DNA of 64,000 nt, from assembly GCA_937907455.1 (NCBI GenBank), contig CALESQ010000079.1, forward strand, positions 1 through 64,000, given 5' to 3'. Source of the DNA: an uncultured Caldilineales bacterium. GTDB taxonomy: Bacteria; Chloroflexota; Anaerolineae; JAAEKA01. Shown piece by piece: positions 46,007-56,717 of the stretch. The notes beneath the pieces were generated by a model. That model was not told the origin of the DNA, did no database searches, and worked only from the letters and a program-made list of their open reading frames with translations. A program made the position numbers and the translations under genes. Numbering within the stretch: position 1 is the stretch's first letter; every line of letters starts with the position of its first letter.

Positions 46007-46654
46007 ATGAAACGCAAGCTTTTTTTCGGCACGCTCTTGCTGGCGCTGGCTGCGGTGTTGTTTGCTCTGTGGGCCGATCGCCATGTGGAAACCAGCGCAG
46101 CAGGCCGGGTCTACAACGATCTGGACGCGCTGCCACCGCGCCGCGTGGCGCTGGTGCTGGGCACGGCGAAATACTACAACGGACGCATCAACGCGTTTTA
46201 CCTGGGGCGAATGCGTGCCGCAGCCCAGTTGTATCACGCCGGTAAAGTGCAAGGCATTCTGGTAAGCGGCGACAACGGCAGTACTGCCTACAACGAACCA
46301 GAGGAAATGCGTCGCGATCTGATAGCGTTGGGTGTGCCCGGCGAGTACATTACCGCAGACTATGCCGGATTTCGCACCCTCGATTCGATCTATCGCGCCG
46401 AGACAGTGTTCGGCTTGCAGGCTTACATCATCGTGTCACAACCCTTTCACATCGAACGTGCTTTGTATCTGGCTGATCAGCGCGGGCATGATGTGGTAGG
46501 CTATGCCGCGGCCGGGCCGGGTGGCTACTGGAATCGCCGCGTGCGTGTCCGCGAGGTACTGGCCCGCGCCAAAGCCGTGCTGGATGTGGAGCTACTCAAC
46601 CAGCAGCCGAAGTTTTTGGGCGATCCGGTTGAGGTGGTGACTCGTAACGAGTAA
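46007..46654 (+). CDS. SanA/YdcF (DUF218) family protein.
   Basis: N-terminal TM anchor and a DUF218 core (ALVLGTAKYYNGRIN...ILVSGDNG). The 3' end runs into a GTAAC repeat (C-terminal ...VVTRNE). Confidence 0.65.
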   Translation: MKRKLFFGTLLLALAAVLFALWADRHVETSAAGRVYNDLDALPPRRVALVLGTAKYYNGRINAFYLGRMRAAAQLYHAGKVQGILVSGDNGSTAYNEPEEMRRDLIALGVPGEYITADYAGFRTLDSIYRAETVFGLQAYIIVSQPFHIERALYLADQRGHDVVGYAAAGPGGYWNRRVRVREVLARAKAVLDVELLNQQPKFLGDPVEVVTRNE

Positions 46655-46700
46655 CTCGGAATTGACTTCTGCGGCTGCTAAGGTGTTAAACTCTGAGTTA
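46640..46700. repeat. Partial copy of the GTAAC-family extragenic repeat.
   Basis: cgtaacgagtaactcggaattgacttctgcggctgctaaggtgttaaactctgagttacgc. Confidence 0.6.
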
Positions 46701-46738
46701 CGCATTACTTCTTACTTCTTACTCTCCCCGCTCCTCCC

Positions 46739-47209
46739 ATGCTTCACGTCCTCTTCGTTTGTCTAGGTAATATTTGCCGCTCGCCGATGGCAGAAGCGGT
46801 GTTTCAGCAGTTGGTGGCCGAGGCCGGCCTGAGCGACCGCATTGCGGTTGACTCTGCGGGCACGGCGGGTTGGCACGAAGGCGAACGCGCAGATGCGCGC
46901 ACGCTGGCGGTGCTGCGCGCCCGCCACATCCCCTACGATGGCCGCTCACGCCCGATACGCGCGGCAGATCTGGCGCATTTCGACTATGTGGTAGCCATGG
47001 ACGGACAAAACCTGGCTGATCTGCGCCGCCTTGACCAAACAGGCGCGCTTGAGGGTAAATTGTTTCGCTTGCTGGATTTTGCGCCGCGTGGCACCGGCCA
47101 AGATGTGCCCGACCCCTACTACGACAACCGCTTTGAACACGTCTATCAACTGGTGGAGGCTGGCTGCCGCGGCCTGTTGAAAGCTATCCGCGCAGCTCAG
47201 GGGTGGTAA
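46739..47209 (+). CDS. Low-molecular-weight protein-tyrosine phosphatase.
   Basis: CLGNICRSP P-loop and DPYY motif. Confidence 0.9.
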   Translation: MLHVLFVCLGNICRSPMAEAVFQQLVAEAGLSDRIAVDSAGTAGWHEGERADARTLAVLRARHIPYDGRSRPIRAADLAHFDYVVAMDGQNLADLRRLDQTGALEGKLFRLLDFAPRGTGQDVPDPYYDNRFEHVYQLVEAGCRGLLKAIRAAQGW

Positions 47210-47289
47210 GTCTCTCGTTTTTAAACAAATCCCAAAACTTTCTTCACAGAATCACAACAAGTTGGGGGTATGCTGGGGGTATGAATAGT

Positions 47290-47560
47290 AACACGTAACC
47301 TGGAATTGAGCTGGCAGGCTTTAAGGATGTGGTTACGTGTAACTTCGTAACCCGTAACCCAGAATTAAGCTGGTAGGCTTTAGGTATGTAATTAGGCGTA
47401 ATGCGTAACCCGGAATTGAGCCTAGCAGGATCCAAATATGTGGTTAGTCGTATCTTGCAGCTCAGAACCTAACATCCATGCAGCCACAGATCTCAAATCC
47501 GAGTTACGGGTTACGAGTTACGGGTTACGAGTTAATCCCCACCTCAACACCGAAGGATTT
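47290..47560. repeat. Three tandem degenerate copies (about 55 nt each) of the GTAACC(C/T)GGAATTGAGCTGG... element, plus a conserved roughly 60-nt tail directly upstream of the 47566 gene.
   Basis: Copies begin near 47295, 47354 and 47405. The tail CAGAACCTAACATCCATGCAGCCACAGATCTCAAATCCGAGTTACGGGTTACGAG recurs at 49364-49425. Confidence 0.8.
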
Positions 47561-47565
47561 CCCCA

Positions 47566-48029
47566 TGTCACGCAACCAACTACGTTATATGTTTGGCGCT
47601 CTCACGATCACTGCAATGGCCTTGTTGCTGGTGCTGGCTTTTGGTCACAATGCCGGCCGCGTCACCGAATCGGCGGTTTCAGCCGATGTGGCAGCCCTGC
47701 AAACGGAAAATGTTCAACTCAACCAAACCTTGCAGGTGATGCAACAGCGCGAGGTCCAATATCAAGCTCAGATCCAGCAGGCCAACGACACCATCGAACA
47801 ACTGGTCAACGATCTGGACGCTGCTGAGACCAGGCAAGCTGACAATTCTTTCTTCTCAGACAATGCCCCATTGGCGCCCTCCTCTTTTCTCGACAATGCG
47901 CAATCGGCTTTGCAAAATCTGTTCGATGATGACAGTGATGACTTTACGCCGAACGGCAGCTCTGAAAGCGACGCTGCCGACCAGTTTGTCCGACCTTTTG
48001 ATCACACTCACGAAAGACGCCACCCATGA
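47566..48029 (+). CDS. Membrane-anchored coiled-coil protein (hypothetical).
   Basis: TM helix ALTITAMALLLVLAF, then Gln-rich coiled coil and an acidic tail. Start at the internal ATG MSRNQL. Confidence 0.5.
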
Positions 48030-48337
48030 CCTCTTCTTCTCATAGCAAACAACCGGCTCGATCCAACGGCTGGTTGAAGGTGGCGCTGGCCGGCAGTGGC
48101 ATTGCGCTCACGGTGTTGGGTACAGGGCTGATTGCCCGTGAAGCAGCCGGTCAAACTCAAACCAACGTCCGTACAGACAGCGCCTTGCAGGCCATCCCCA
48201 CGGTGATGCCTGTGCCCAGCCGCAGCCGCTCAAACCGCAGCAGTCGCGGCTCCCGACAACAACTGCAAGCACCCGGCCAATCCAGCCAGGGATTACAAAT
48301 GCCCGGCGGCTTCACTCAATCCCGCTCTTCACGTTAG
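48026..48337 (+). CDS. Small signal-anchored protein ending ...QSRSSR; paralog of the 50336 gene.
   Basis: LKVALAGSGIALTVLGTGLIAREAAGQT resembles [28 protein letters not shown] in the paralog. Both end MP.P.RSRS...RSSR. Start overlaps the upstream stop (ATGA). Confidence 0.5.
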   Translation: MTSSSHSKQPARSNGWLKVALAGSGIALTVLGTGLIAREAAGQTQTNVRTDSALQAIPTVMPVPSRSRSNRSSRGSRQQLQAPGQSSQGLQMPGGFTQSRSSR

Positions 48338-48350
48338 ATATCACCGTTTT

Positions 48351-49316
48351 ATGGATGCTCACCTACCCCTGCACCAACACCGCTTCCGCGCCATGGGCAG
48401 CCAAATCGTCATCTGGTTGCAACATACCGATGCGGATGAGGCTCGCGATGCCTGCACCCTGGCCGAGGATCTGTTCGCCGCAGCAGAACAGCGCATGAGC
48501 CGCTTCCTGCCGCACAGCGAGCTGTCGCAGCTCAATGCGCGCAGCGGCGAGTGGGTGACAGTATCACGCCTGCTTTGGCAGGTCATTTCCCACGCCCTGC
48601 TGCTGGCCCAGGAAACTGGCGGCCTGTTCGATCCAACCATCGGCAACGCGCTCTTGGCCGGTGGCTATACCGCATCGTTTAGCCCCACACAACGCCAACT
48701 CAACGGCTCTGACCAGGCAAACGCTGAACCGCTGATCGGCCGCTGGCGGCAGGTCGAATTGGATCCCTTGCGCCATGCAGTGCGCGTTCCAGCCGGTCTG
48801 CGCCTTGATCTGGGCGGCATTGGCAAGGGCTACACCGCGCAGATGGCCGTGGACCTGCTGGCGTTGTGGGGGCCATGCCTGGTGGATGCAGGCGGCGATG
48901 TCGTGGCCGGTGATGGCCCGGCCGGTCAACCCGGCTGGCTGGTGGGCGTGGCTCATCCCTCGGAACAAGACGCAGAGACAGCTCTGGAGCTATGGCTGAA
49001 CAACGCCACATTGGCTACCTCTGGGATAGATTATCGCTGGTGGTGGCAAAACGACCGGCGTCAGCATCATCTGATTGACCCGCGCACCGGCCAGGCCGCA
49101 CAAACCGACCTGCTGACGGCTACCGTGTTAGCCGCGGATGGCAGCGAGGCCGAAGCCTGGGCCACTGCATCGCTGGTAATGGGCCGGCAGCCCAGCCTGA
49201 CGCTGGCGGCTGAGCAGCATCGTGCTCTGATCGTGGCCGACGAGACCGGCGTCATGCAGCGCTCGGCGGCTGTTGAGCCGTTCGTGGCAGGGCGATACGT
49301 AACTCGTAACTCGTAA
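48351..49316 (+). CDS. apbE: FAD:protein FMN transferase (ApbE family).
   Basis: LRLDLGGIGKGY (ApbE signature), DPTIGN, LIDPRTG. Confidence 0.8.
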   Translation: MDAHLPLHQHRFRAMGSQIVIWLQHTDADEARDACTLAEDLFAAAEQRMSRFLPHSELSQLNARSGEWVTVSRLLWQVISHALLLAQETGGLFDPTIGNALLAGGYTASFSPTQRQLNGSDQANAEPLIGRWRQVELDPLRHAVRVPAGLRLDLGGIGKGYTAQMAVDLLALWGPCLVDAGGDVVAGDGPAGQPGWLVGVAHPSEQDAETALELWLNNATLATSGIDYRWWWQNDRRQHHLIDPRTGQAAQTDLLTATVLAADGSEAEAWATASLVMGRQPSLTLAAEQHRALIVADETGVMQRSAAVEPFVAGRYVTRNS

Positions 49317-49440
49317 CCCAGAATTGAGCTGGTAGACTTCGAGTACTTCATTAGGCGTAATTTGCAACTCAGAACCTAACATCCATGCAGCCACATATCT
49401 CAAATACCAGTTACAGGTTACGGGTTAATCCCCCATCCCA
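49298..49440. repeat. Second full copy of the GTAAC element plus the conserved roughly 60-nt tail, upstream of the 49510 gene. Overlaps the ApbE 3' end (C-terminal ...YVTRNS).
   Basis: cgtaactcgtaactcgtaacccagaattgagctggtag...CAGAACCTAACATCCATGCAGCCACATATCTCAAATACCAGTTACAGGTTACGGG. Confidence 0.8.
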
Positions 49441-49509
49441 ACCTGCAACCCTCTCATTCTCCGGATTACGCGTTAATCCCCCACCCACAAAATTCTCACT
49501 GGTTTTGCC

Positions 49510-50184
49510 ATGACATCATCCAACCTTTCATCTTCTTCTCTGTCGAGCCCCCTGCGTTGGGTAGCTTACACCTTAGTAATGGCGTTGCTGATAGCGGCCA
49601 GCGCCTGGTTGACGGCGCGTATGGCTCCCGACGTGCTAACGGTTTCCAACGAAACCATCTGGTACGCCATCCGCGCCAGTGGCAACGTGGCCTATTTGCT
49701 GCTGGCCGCTTCCACGGTTTGGGGTATCATGCTCAGCAGCAAAATCCTCAAGCGCTGGATTCCCACCGCAGTAGCCCTGGATTTGCACAACTATCTTTCA
49801 TGGCTGGCCATTGGCCTTTCTGCTCTGCACGCAGCGCTGCTGCTGGCTTCCAGCTATTTCGACTATCACCTGCTCAACCTGTTCGTACCGTTCACCGGGC
49901 CGTTTAAGCCGTTCTGGGTCGGCCTGGGCATCATTGGGCTGTATCTGATGATCCTGACCACGGTCACTTTCTATCTGATTGAGCGCATTGGCTACATCGC
50001 TTTCCATCGCATTCATGCGCTGGCGTATCTGGCCTTTGTTGGCAGCTTGCTGCACAGCATTGTAGCCGGTACCGACACACCGGCCATGGCCCCCGTCTAT
50101 CTCGCTACCGGGCTGATGGTACTGTTTGTCACCACCTATCGCATTCTCTCGATGGGACAGAGCCAGTCACGCAGCTCAAATTAA
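49510..50184 (+). CDS. Ferric-reductase-like transmembrane domain protein (MsrQ/YedZ-like, six TM helices).
   Basis: Six TM helices with conserved His pairs (LHNYLSWLAIGLSALH; FHRIHALAYLAFVGSLLH), typical of the heme-b-binding FRD/MsrQ fold. Confidence 0.6.
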   Translation: MTSSNLSSSSLSSPLRWVAYTLVMALLIAASAWLTARMAPDVLTVSNETIWYAIRASGNVAYLLLAASTVWGIMLSSKILKRWIPTAVALDLHNYLSWLAIGLSALHAALLLASSYFDYHLLNLFVPFTGPFKPFWVGLGIIGLYLMILTTVTFYLIERIGYIAFHRIHALAYLAFVGSLLHSIVAGTDTPAMAPVYLATGLMVLFVTTYRILSMGQSQSRSSN

Positions 50185-50204
50185 CCCGGAACGGATCCCC
50201 AGCA

Positions 50205-50238
50205 AGGCCGCAGAGCAAACGTCCTGCGGCCTTTTTAT
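50205..50238 (+). terminator. Rho-independent terminator after the MsrQ-like gene.
   Basis: GGCCGCAGagcaaacgtcCTGCGGCC followed by TTTTTATT. Confidence 0.7.
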
Positions 50239-50335
50239 TGGCAACAGTTTCCCTATAATTCCTTCATGCTTTCCAAACAGGTTTCCGGTAAGCTGTAGCC
50301 ATTCTGTCATTCATCATTAAACAAGGAAATCAACT

Positions 50336-50716
50336 ATGAATCTAAACCGAAATGCCCCCCGCAATGGAATGTTGAAAGCTACACTTACCGGCGGCAGCGT
50401 TGCCTTGACTTTACTGAGCATCGGCGTGCTGGCGCGCAACGAAGGACAAGCGGCCGCCGTGCAGCCGCAACTGGTTGCCTCGTTCACCCTTGCTGATCTG
50501 CCTGCCATTCCCACATTGATGCCGCTGCCCACTGCCTCACCCACCCCTGAACCGGTGCTGATGCAACCCACCTCGGCAGTGGCTGTGCCTGCGGCCACTC
50601 CGCTGGAAACCGATGTGCCCACCGCCACCGCAACGCCCACGCTCACGCCTGTGCCCACCGCCACGCCTGCACCGGTGCAGGTGATGCCACCGGTGCGCAG
50701 CCGCTCTTCACGCTAG
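50336..50716 (+). CDS. Small signal-anchored Pro/Thr/Ala-rich protein ending ...VRSRSSR; paralog of the 48026 gene.
   Basis: RBS AGGAAA. N-terminal anchor similar to the 48026 protein and the same RSRSSR tail. Confidence 0.5.
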   Translation: MNLNRNAPRNGMLKATLTGGSVALTLLSIGVLARNEGQAAAVQPQLVASFTLADLPAIPTLMPLPTASPTPEPVLMQPTSAVAVPAATPLETDVPTATATPTLTPVPTATPAPVQVMPPVRSRSSR

Positions 50717-50766
50717 CCCATCCATCGCCCGCAAACAAGACATCAATGCCGGTCAGGATGCTGAAT

Positions 50767-50795
50767 CTGACAAGCGCATCTGCCCGTGCTATAAT
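50767..50795 (+). promoter_or_regulatory. Sigma70-like promoter (CTGACA, 17 nt, TATAAT).
   Basis: CTGACA at 50767-50772 and TATAAT at 50790-50795, upstream of the carboxyltransferase gene. Confidence 0.5.
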
Positions 50796-50840
50796 GCGCC
50801 TGCCGATCCCCCAACCTCTTCTTTCAGACACAGGTGGACT

Positions 50841-52451
50841 ATGGAAGTCCTCGATTCGCATCTCGACCCGCGTGATCCTCAATTTCAAGCCAACGCTGCT
50901 CATAATCGCGACCTGGCCCAAGCCCTGCGCAATCGGCTGGCTGAAGTCCGCAGCGGCGGCGGCCAGCAGGCCCAGCAACGTCACCGCGAACAGGGCAAGC
51001 TGTTTGTCCGCGAGCGCATTGACAAGCTGCTCGACCCCGGCTCACCTTTTCTGGAGCTATCACCGCTGGCCGCGTGGGAATTGTACGAAGGTGACGCACC
51101 CAGCGCCGGCATTGTCACCGGCATTGGCCGCGTGGCCGGACGCGAATGCCTGATCGTAGCCAACGATGCCACCGTGAAGGGCGGAACTTACTATCCGATG
51201 ACCGTGAAAAAGCATCTGCGCGCTCAGCAGGTAGCTTTGGAAAACCGTCTGCCTTGCATCTACCTGGTAGATTCAGGCGGCGCCTTCCTGCCAATGCAGG
51301 ATGAAGTTTTCCCCGATGTAGACGATTTCGGGCGCATTTTCTACAACCAGGCCACCATGAGCGCGGCCGGCATCCCGCAAATCGCCGCGGTGATGGGTTC
51401 GTGTACGGCGGGCGGGGCTTACGTGCCGGCCATGAGCGATGAAACCGTGATTGTCAAAGGCACCGGCACGATTTTTCTGGGCGGGCCACCGCTGGTAAAA
51501 GCCGCCACCGGCGAAGAAGTCACCGCCGAGGAACTGGGCGGGGCCGATGTACACGCGCGCGTCTCTGGCGTGGCCGACCACCTGGCGCTGGACGATGACC
51601 ACGCGCTGGAGATTGTGCGCGGCATTGTAGCCACACTCAACACCCGCAAACAGCTAAACTTGGACCTGGCCCCGGTGGAAGAGCCGCTGCACGACCCGGC
51701 AGAGCTGTATGGCGTGATCCCTCAGACCTTTCGTGAAGTGTATGACGTGCGTGAGGTGATCGCCCGCCTGGTGGATGGCAGTCGTCTGCGTGAGTTCAAA
51801 GCGCTGTACGGCACAACCCTGGTGTGCGGCTTTGCCCGTATCTGGGGCTATCCCGTGGGAATCATAGCCAACAACGGCATTCTGTTCAGCGAATCTGCCT
51901 TGAAAGGGGCACACTTTGTAGAGCTATGCACTGCGCGGCACATCCCCCTGCTGTTCCTGCAAAACATCACCGGCTTCATGGTAGGCAAACAATACGAAAC
52001 CGGCGGCATTGCCCGCGACGGGGCCAAGATGGTACACGCCGTTGCCAACGCTCAGGTTCCCAAGCTCACCGTAGTGATTGGCGGTTCCTTCGGCGCCGGC
52101 AACTATGGCATGTGTGGCCGTGCTTATGGCCCGCGCTTTCTGTGGATGTGGCCCAACAGCCGTATCAGCGTAATGGGCGGCGAACAGGCTGCCAATGTGC
52201 TGCTCACAGTGAAACAGGAACAATTGGCGCGGCGCGGCCAACCGGCCATGAACACGCAAGAGCAGGAAACCTTCAAGCGCCCCACGCTGGAAAAATACGA
52301 ACGCGAGGGCAGTCCCTACTACGCCACGGCGCGACTGTGGGATGACGGCATTCTCGACCCCGCGGAAACGCGTCAAGTGCTGGGATTGGCGCTATCAGCT
52401 TGCCTCAACGCGCCCCTGAACGACACGCGCTACGGCGTTTTTCGCATGTAG
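50841..52451 (+). CDS. Acyl-CoA carboxylase carboxyltransferase subunit (methylcrotonyl-CoA / propionyl-CoA carboxylase beta-chain family).
   Basis: Carboxyl-transferase domain: [66 protein letters not shown]. Length 536 aa, typical of MCCB. Confidence 0.85.
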   Translation: MEVLDSHLDPRDPQFQANAAHNRDLAQALRNRLAEVRSGGGQQAQQRHREQGKLFVRERIDKLLDPGSPFLELSPLAAWELYEGDAPSAGIVTGIGRVAGRECLIVANDATVKGGTYYPMTVKKHLRAQQVALENRLPCIYLVDSGGAFLPMQDEVFPDVDDFGRIFYNQATMSAAGIPQIAAVMGSCTAGGAYVPAMSDETVIVKGTGTIFLGGPPLVKAATGEEVTAEELGGADVHARVSGVADHLALDDDHALEIVRGIVATLNTRKQLNLDLAPVEEPLHDPAELYGVIPQTFREVYDVREVIARLVDGSRLREFKALYGTTLVCGFARIWGYPVGIIANNGILFSESALKGAHFVELCTARHIPLLFLQNITGFMVGKQYETGGIARDGAKMVHAVANAQVPKLTVVIGGSFGAGNYGMCGRAYGPRFLWMWPNSRISVMGGEQAANVLLTVKQEQLARRGQPAMNTQEQETFKRPTLEKYEREGSPYYATARLWDDGILDPAETRQVLGLALSACLNAPLNDTRYGVFRM

Positions 52452-54449
52452 CAGCTCCCATACCCGCAACACTTCGGCCACTGTCCACGCCTGAGCCAGG
52501 CACGCGCGCGGCGTAAAGGGCGCATCACCGTCAAATACCTCACTCAGGCTGCCCACGCCGTGGCTGTTGAGCTGTTGCAGCAGCGGCAGCAAAAAACTGC
52601 GGGCCTGTGCCACATCACCGTAAACGCGGTAATGCGCTGCCGCAAATGGGCCGATCAGCCAGCCCCACACCGTGCCCTGATGATAGGCTGCGTCGCGAGT
52701 GCGTCGGTCACCGCCGTAGCGCCCTATGTAGCTGCTGTGGTCAGGAGTCAGGCTGCGCAAGCCATGTGCAGTGAGCAGACGCCGCGCGCAGACATCCACC
52801 ACCGCACGGGCCTGATCAGCCGGCAGCGGGCTGTGGTGCAGCGACACCGCAAACAACTGGTTGGGGCGCAGGCTGAGATCATCACCTTCCGGCCCATCAA
52901 GCACATCGTTACAATAGCCCAGGGTGGGGTTCCAGAAACGGGCAAAACCGACTTTGGCTTGCGCTGCCAATGCCGCGTAGCGGGCTGCATCCTCCGCATG
53001 GCCCAGCCTGCGGGCAAAACCAGCCATGCTGCCCAGCGCGTTGTACCACAGCGCGTTGATCTCCACCGGCTTGCCGCGGCGCGGCGTCACTACCCAATCA
53101 TCCAACTTGGCATCCATCCAGGTAAGTTGCACTCCCGCCGCACCGCCGGCCAGCAGCCCATCCGCAGGGTCAAGGTGGATGTGATAGCGCGTGCCGCGTT
53201 GATGCCAGGCCACAATCTCCTGCATCACCGGATACAAGTCAGCCAGCAGCACTTCGTCTCCTGTAGCCGCATGATAGGCGCGCAGAGCCTCGATGTACCA
53301 CAGGGTGGCATCCACGGTGTTGTATTCCGGCGTTTCCCCGGCATCAGGAAACCGGTTGGGAATCATGCCCTGATCCACCACCGTGGCGAAGGTTTGCAAG
53401 ATCTGGCGGGCAATTTGCGGCCTGCCCGTAGCCAGGGTCAGGCCCGGCAAGCTGATCATAGTATCGCGGCCCCAATCACCAAACCAGGGATAGCCTGCGA
53501 TTACTGAGCGCCCCATGCCACGGCGTACAATAAACTGATCTGCAGCCAGCAGCAGATGGCGAATAGCCGCATCTGACTGCGCACCCACGGCCACGAAATC
53601 CGCTTGATCCAACAACGCCTGCTCGTAAGCCTGACGCACAGCATAGGCGCGGCTGCCATCCAGGTTTGCTGCCAGCTCTGTGCTGGCAACCACAGTTGCC
53701 GCCTCACCGGCCTGCAGAGTCACATCAAGATCCGCCACATAGCAATAGCATTCCTGGTCCAATTGACCGCGGGAGCGCTCTATAGCCAAGTGATAGCCCT
53801 GCTGCCAGGCGCAAGACGCCGCCTGCACCGCAAATTCCGCGCTGCGCAGGTACAAGGGCGCTGTTTGATGAAAGGCAGCAACCCGCACCCCCGCTGCGTC
53901 TGGTGCGACATGGATGGGGAACACGCCGTGCCGCTGCACGTTGCCGTGGTGGTCGCGGCAGGTTGCCAACGCAGCCAGATGCAGGGCGAGCGGGCCATTG
54001 CCGCGCAACAAGGTATAGCGAATATAGGTGGTGTTGGCGTCGGGCTGCATCCATACGCGCTTCTCCAACAGCGCGTCGGCCACAGCATAGGTCCACACCG
54101 GCGTGGTTCCCTCCAGGTGAAAGCGTTGCAGGTGCAAATACCCTTTGGGCGTCGTCCACGGATCATCTGCCGCGGCGCGGTCGGCATATTGATCAGCAAA
54201 CAGCAAGCTGACTTGCCCATCGTAGCTGACGGTTTCATTTAATTTAGCCAGCAGCAGCGTGCGCGCCGCGGGCGGCAGGCCGGGCGCTTCGGGCGGTGAC
54301 ACCGCAGCTATCAGCAGGCCGTGATAGCTACGGCCAAGCAGGCCGGCCATGGTGCCCATGGCATAACCGCCCAGGCCGTTGGTAACCAACCATTCACGCC
54401 GCGCAGCCTGAGTGAGATCGCTGCAGATTTCGTGTCCGTAGGTGAGCAT
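52395..54449 (-). CDS. Glycogen-debranching-enzyme-like (amylo-alpha-1,6-glucosidase / GDE_C family) protein.
   Basis: GDE N-terminal beta-sandwich plus (alpha/alpha)6 C-terminal barrel features ([49 protein letters not shown]). Start at the internal ATG MLTYGH. Confidence 0.7.
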   Translation of the reverse strand: MLTYGHEICSDLTQAARREWLVTNGLGGYAMGTMAGLLGRSYHGLLIAAVSPPEAPGLPPAARTLLLAKLNETVSYDGQVSLLFADQYADRAAADDPWTTPKGYLHLQRFHLEGTTPVWTYAVADALLEKRVWMQPDANTTYIRYTLLRGNGPLALHLAALATCRDHHGNVQRHGVFPIHVAPDAAGVRVAAFHQTAPLYLRSAEFAVQAASCAWQQGYHLAIERSRGQLDQECYCYVADLDVTLQAGEAATVVASTELAANLDGSRAYAVRQAYEQALLDQADFVAVGAQSDAAIRHLLLAADQFIVRRGMGRSVIAGYPWFGDWGRDTMISLPGLTLATGRPQIARQILQTFATVVDQGMIPNRFPDAGETPEYNTVDATLWYIEALRAYHAATGDEVLLADLYPVMQEIVAWHQRGTRYHIHLDPADGLLAGGAAGVQLTWMDAKLDDWVVTPRRGKPVEINALWYNALGSMAGFARRLGHAEDAARYAALAAQAKVGFARFWNPTLGYCNDVLDGPEGDDLSLRPNQLFAVSLHHSPLPADQARAVVDVCARRLLTAHGLRSLTPDHSSYIGRYGGDRRTRDAAYHQGTVWGWLIGPFAAAHYRVYGDVAQARSFLLPLLQQLNSHGVGSLSEVFDGDAPFTPRACLAQAWTVAEVLRVWELLHAKNAVARVVQGRVEAS

Positions 54450-54759
54450 AGGCAGATAAAGAACGAAGTTTAAGGAAGGCGGTGCAAGCACTGACCAAAG
54501 AGAGTGACAACGGCTGAAGCGAATTGAAACAATGGCACAACCTGCTTTTCGCTGAAAGGCTAGTTCATGCCGGTTTGATTGTACTCACCTCAGTATAAAA
54601 GCGCAGCCAGCGTGTGTCAAACCGCGGCAGCAAGACCCGTGCGCAAGCTCTCTGCTTCGTGAGCCAGAGGCCGCCATACCCGGCGGGTTGCACCTGAACT
54701 GCAAAGTGCAGGCCGTAATCTACCCTACTGCCCGCCTGATCGGCTTGTGGTATGATTAG

Positions 54760-54788
54760 TTGACACGATCTGGCCCCTGTGCTAGACT
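54760..54788 (+). promoter_or_regulatory. Sigma70-like promoter (TTGACA, 17 nt, TAGACT) for ftsH.
   Basis: TTGACA at 54760-54765 and TAGACT at 54783-54788; RBS GAGGAG before the ATG at 54822. Confidence 0.5.
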
Positions 54789-54821
54789 GCCAACGATACG
54801 TTTACGCTATCGAGGAGATCA

Positions 54822-56645
54822 ATGGGACAAGGTTCTTTCAAGAGCGGATTTCTCTACATCATTTTACTGGCTGTGCTGGCGACCTTCCTGATGTCTACCA
54901 TGCGACAAGGACGCGAAACAGTACAAACCGCGCCGATCAGCCAGATAGCCGCCGATATCTCGGCGGACAAAGTCACTGAGATTTCGGAAAAGGATGGCTT
55001 GCTCACCGTCACCTATGCCGGTGAGGGAGAAACGCCGCCTCAGGTGCAATCGCGCATCGAGCCATCCGCTGATCTGGTAAAAACGCTCACCGAGCTGGGA
55101 GTCAGCACAGAAAGCCTGAGCAAGGTCAAACTGGAATTCCCCGGCACGAGCTTCTGGGAAAACTGGGCCCCTGTGCTGGGCACGCTGCTGCCAGTGATCC
55201 TGATCGGTGCTTTCTTCTTCTTTATTCTGCGCCAGGCTCAGGGCGCGGGCAACCAGGCTTTTTCCTTTGGCAAAAGCCGTGCCCGTATGTTCACCGGGGA
55301 TAAGCCCACCGTCACCTTCGACGATGTGGCCGGTGCGCGCGAATCAAAGGAAGAGCTGCGCGAGGTGGTGGAGTTTCTGAAGGAGCCACAGAAGTTTGCC
55401 GCGCTGGGGGCACGCATCCCCAAGGGCGTGCTGCTGGTTGGCCCTCCTGGCACCGGCAAAACGCTCATGGCTAAGGCCGTGTCGGGTGAGGCTGGCGTAC
55501 CCTTCTTCTCCATCTCCGGTTCGGAGTTCGTAGAGATGTTTGTGGGCGTGGGCGCCAGCCGCGTGCGCGACCTCTTCGAGCAGGCCAAACGCAACTCGCC
55601 CTGCATTATCTTCATTGATGAGATTGATGCAGTAGGCCGACACCGCGGTGCGGGCCTGGGCGGCAGCCACGACGAGCGCGAACAAACCCTGAACCAAATC
55701 CTGGTAGAGATGGATGGTTTCGACACCGACACCAACATCATCATTATTGCTGCCACCAACCGCCCCGACATTCTCGACCCGGCGCTGCTGCGCCCCGGCC
55801 GCTTCGACCGCCGCGTGGTGATGGATCAGCCCGACGTGAAGGGCCGCGAGGAGATCATGGCCGTGCATGTGCGCGGCAAGCCGCTGGCCGAAGATGTGGA
55901 CCTGGAGGTGTTGGCCCGCGCCACACCCGGCTTTGTCGGCGCCGATCTGGAAAACATGATCAACGAAGCAGCGATTCTGGCCGCGCGACGCAACCGGCGC
56001 AACATCACCATGACCGACGTCACCGAGGCGATTGAACGGGTAGCGATTGGGCCGGAACGCAAAAGCCGTGTCCTTTCCGAGCAGAAAAAGCGGGTAATCG
56101 CTTATCACGAAGCGGGCCACGCCCTGGTGCAGGAAAAGCTTTCGCATACCACACCAGTGCTGAAGGTGACGATTGCCGGTCGCGGCATGGCCGGTGGCTA
56201 CATGTGGCCGCTGGATAAGGACAGTCTGTTGCGCAGTCGCACCGAAATGGAGCAGGAAATCTCGGTGGCGCTGGCCGGTCGTGTCGCTGAGGAAGTTGTC
56301 TTCGGTCAGGTCACCACCGGGGCTTCCAGTGATTTAGAGCAAGTGACGCGCATCGCTCGTCGCATGGTGACCGTGCTGGGCATGAGCGATCGCATGGGGC
56401 CGCTGACCTACGGTCAGAAGGAAGAGATGATCTTCCTGGGCCGGGAAATCGGCGAACACCGCAACTACAGCGAAGAGGTAGCCGAGGCCATTGACCGCGA
56501 GGTGCAACGCATTGTCCGGGAAGCGCACGAGCGTACCCGTCAGGTCATTACCACCTACCGCGACCTGCTGAACACAATTGCGGAACGCCTGATGGAAGTG
56601 GAAACCCTGGATCAAACTGCCTTCAAGCAGCTTGTCACCGCATAA
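54822..56645 (+). CDS. ftsH: ATP-dependent zinc metalloprotease FtsH.
   Basis: N-terminal TM helices, AAA module [23 protein letters not shown], second region of homology (SRH), HEAGHAL zinc motif. Confidence 0.95.
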   Translation: MGQGSFKSGFLYIILLAVLATFLMSTMRQGRETVQTAPISQIAADISADKVTEISEKDGLLTVTYAGEGETPPQVQSRIEPSADLVKTLTELGVSTESLSKVKLEFPGTSFWENWAPVLGTLLPVILIGAFFFFILRQAQGAGNQAFSFGKSRARMFTGDKPTVTFDDVAGARESKEELREVVEFLKEPQKFAALGARIPKGVLLVGPPGTGKTLMAKAVSGEAGVPFFSISGSEFVEMFVGVGASRVRDLFEQAKRNSPCIIFIDEIDAVGRHRGAGLGGSHDEREQTLNQILVEMDGFDTDTNIIIIAATNRPDILDPALLRPGRFDRRVVMDQPDVKGREEIMAVHVRGKPLAEDVDLEVLARATPGFVGADLENMINEAAILAARRNRRNITMTDVTEAIERVAIGPERKSRVLSEQKKRVIAYHEAGHALVQEKLSHTTPVLKVTIAGRGMAGGYMWPLDKDSLLRSRTEMEQEISVALAGRVAEEVVFGQVTTGASSDLEQVTRIARRMVTVLGMSDRMGPLTYGQKEEMIFLGREIGEHRNYSEEVAEAIDREVQRIVREAHERTRQVITTYRDLLNTIAERLMEVETLDQTAFKQLVTA

Positions 56646-56669
56646 GCAGCCACTTTTCTACTGATTTTA

Positions 56670-56700
56670 CCATGCGCCGGAGATACACTCCGGCGCATGG
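56670..56700 (+). terminator. Perfect 13-bp-stem hairpin downstream of ftsH; a probable terminator although it lacks a T-run.
   Basis: CCATGCGCCGGAG atacA CTCCGGCGCATGG. Confidence 0.45.
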
Positions 56701-56717
56701 TGACTCTGGGTGACTCG

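Noticed and set aside
47244-47435. Minus-strand ORFs 47244..47435 and 49128..49403 sharing the peptide QLNSGLRVT.
   Set aside because: Both lie entirely within copies of the GTAAC-family extragenic repeat. The shared peptide is a by-product of nucleotide identity between repeat copies.
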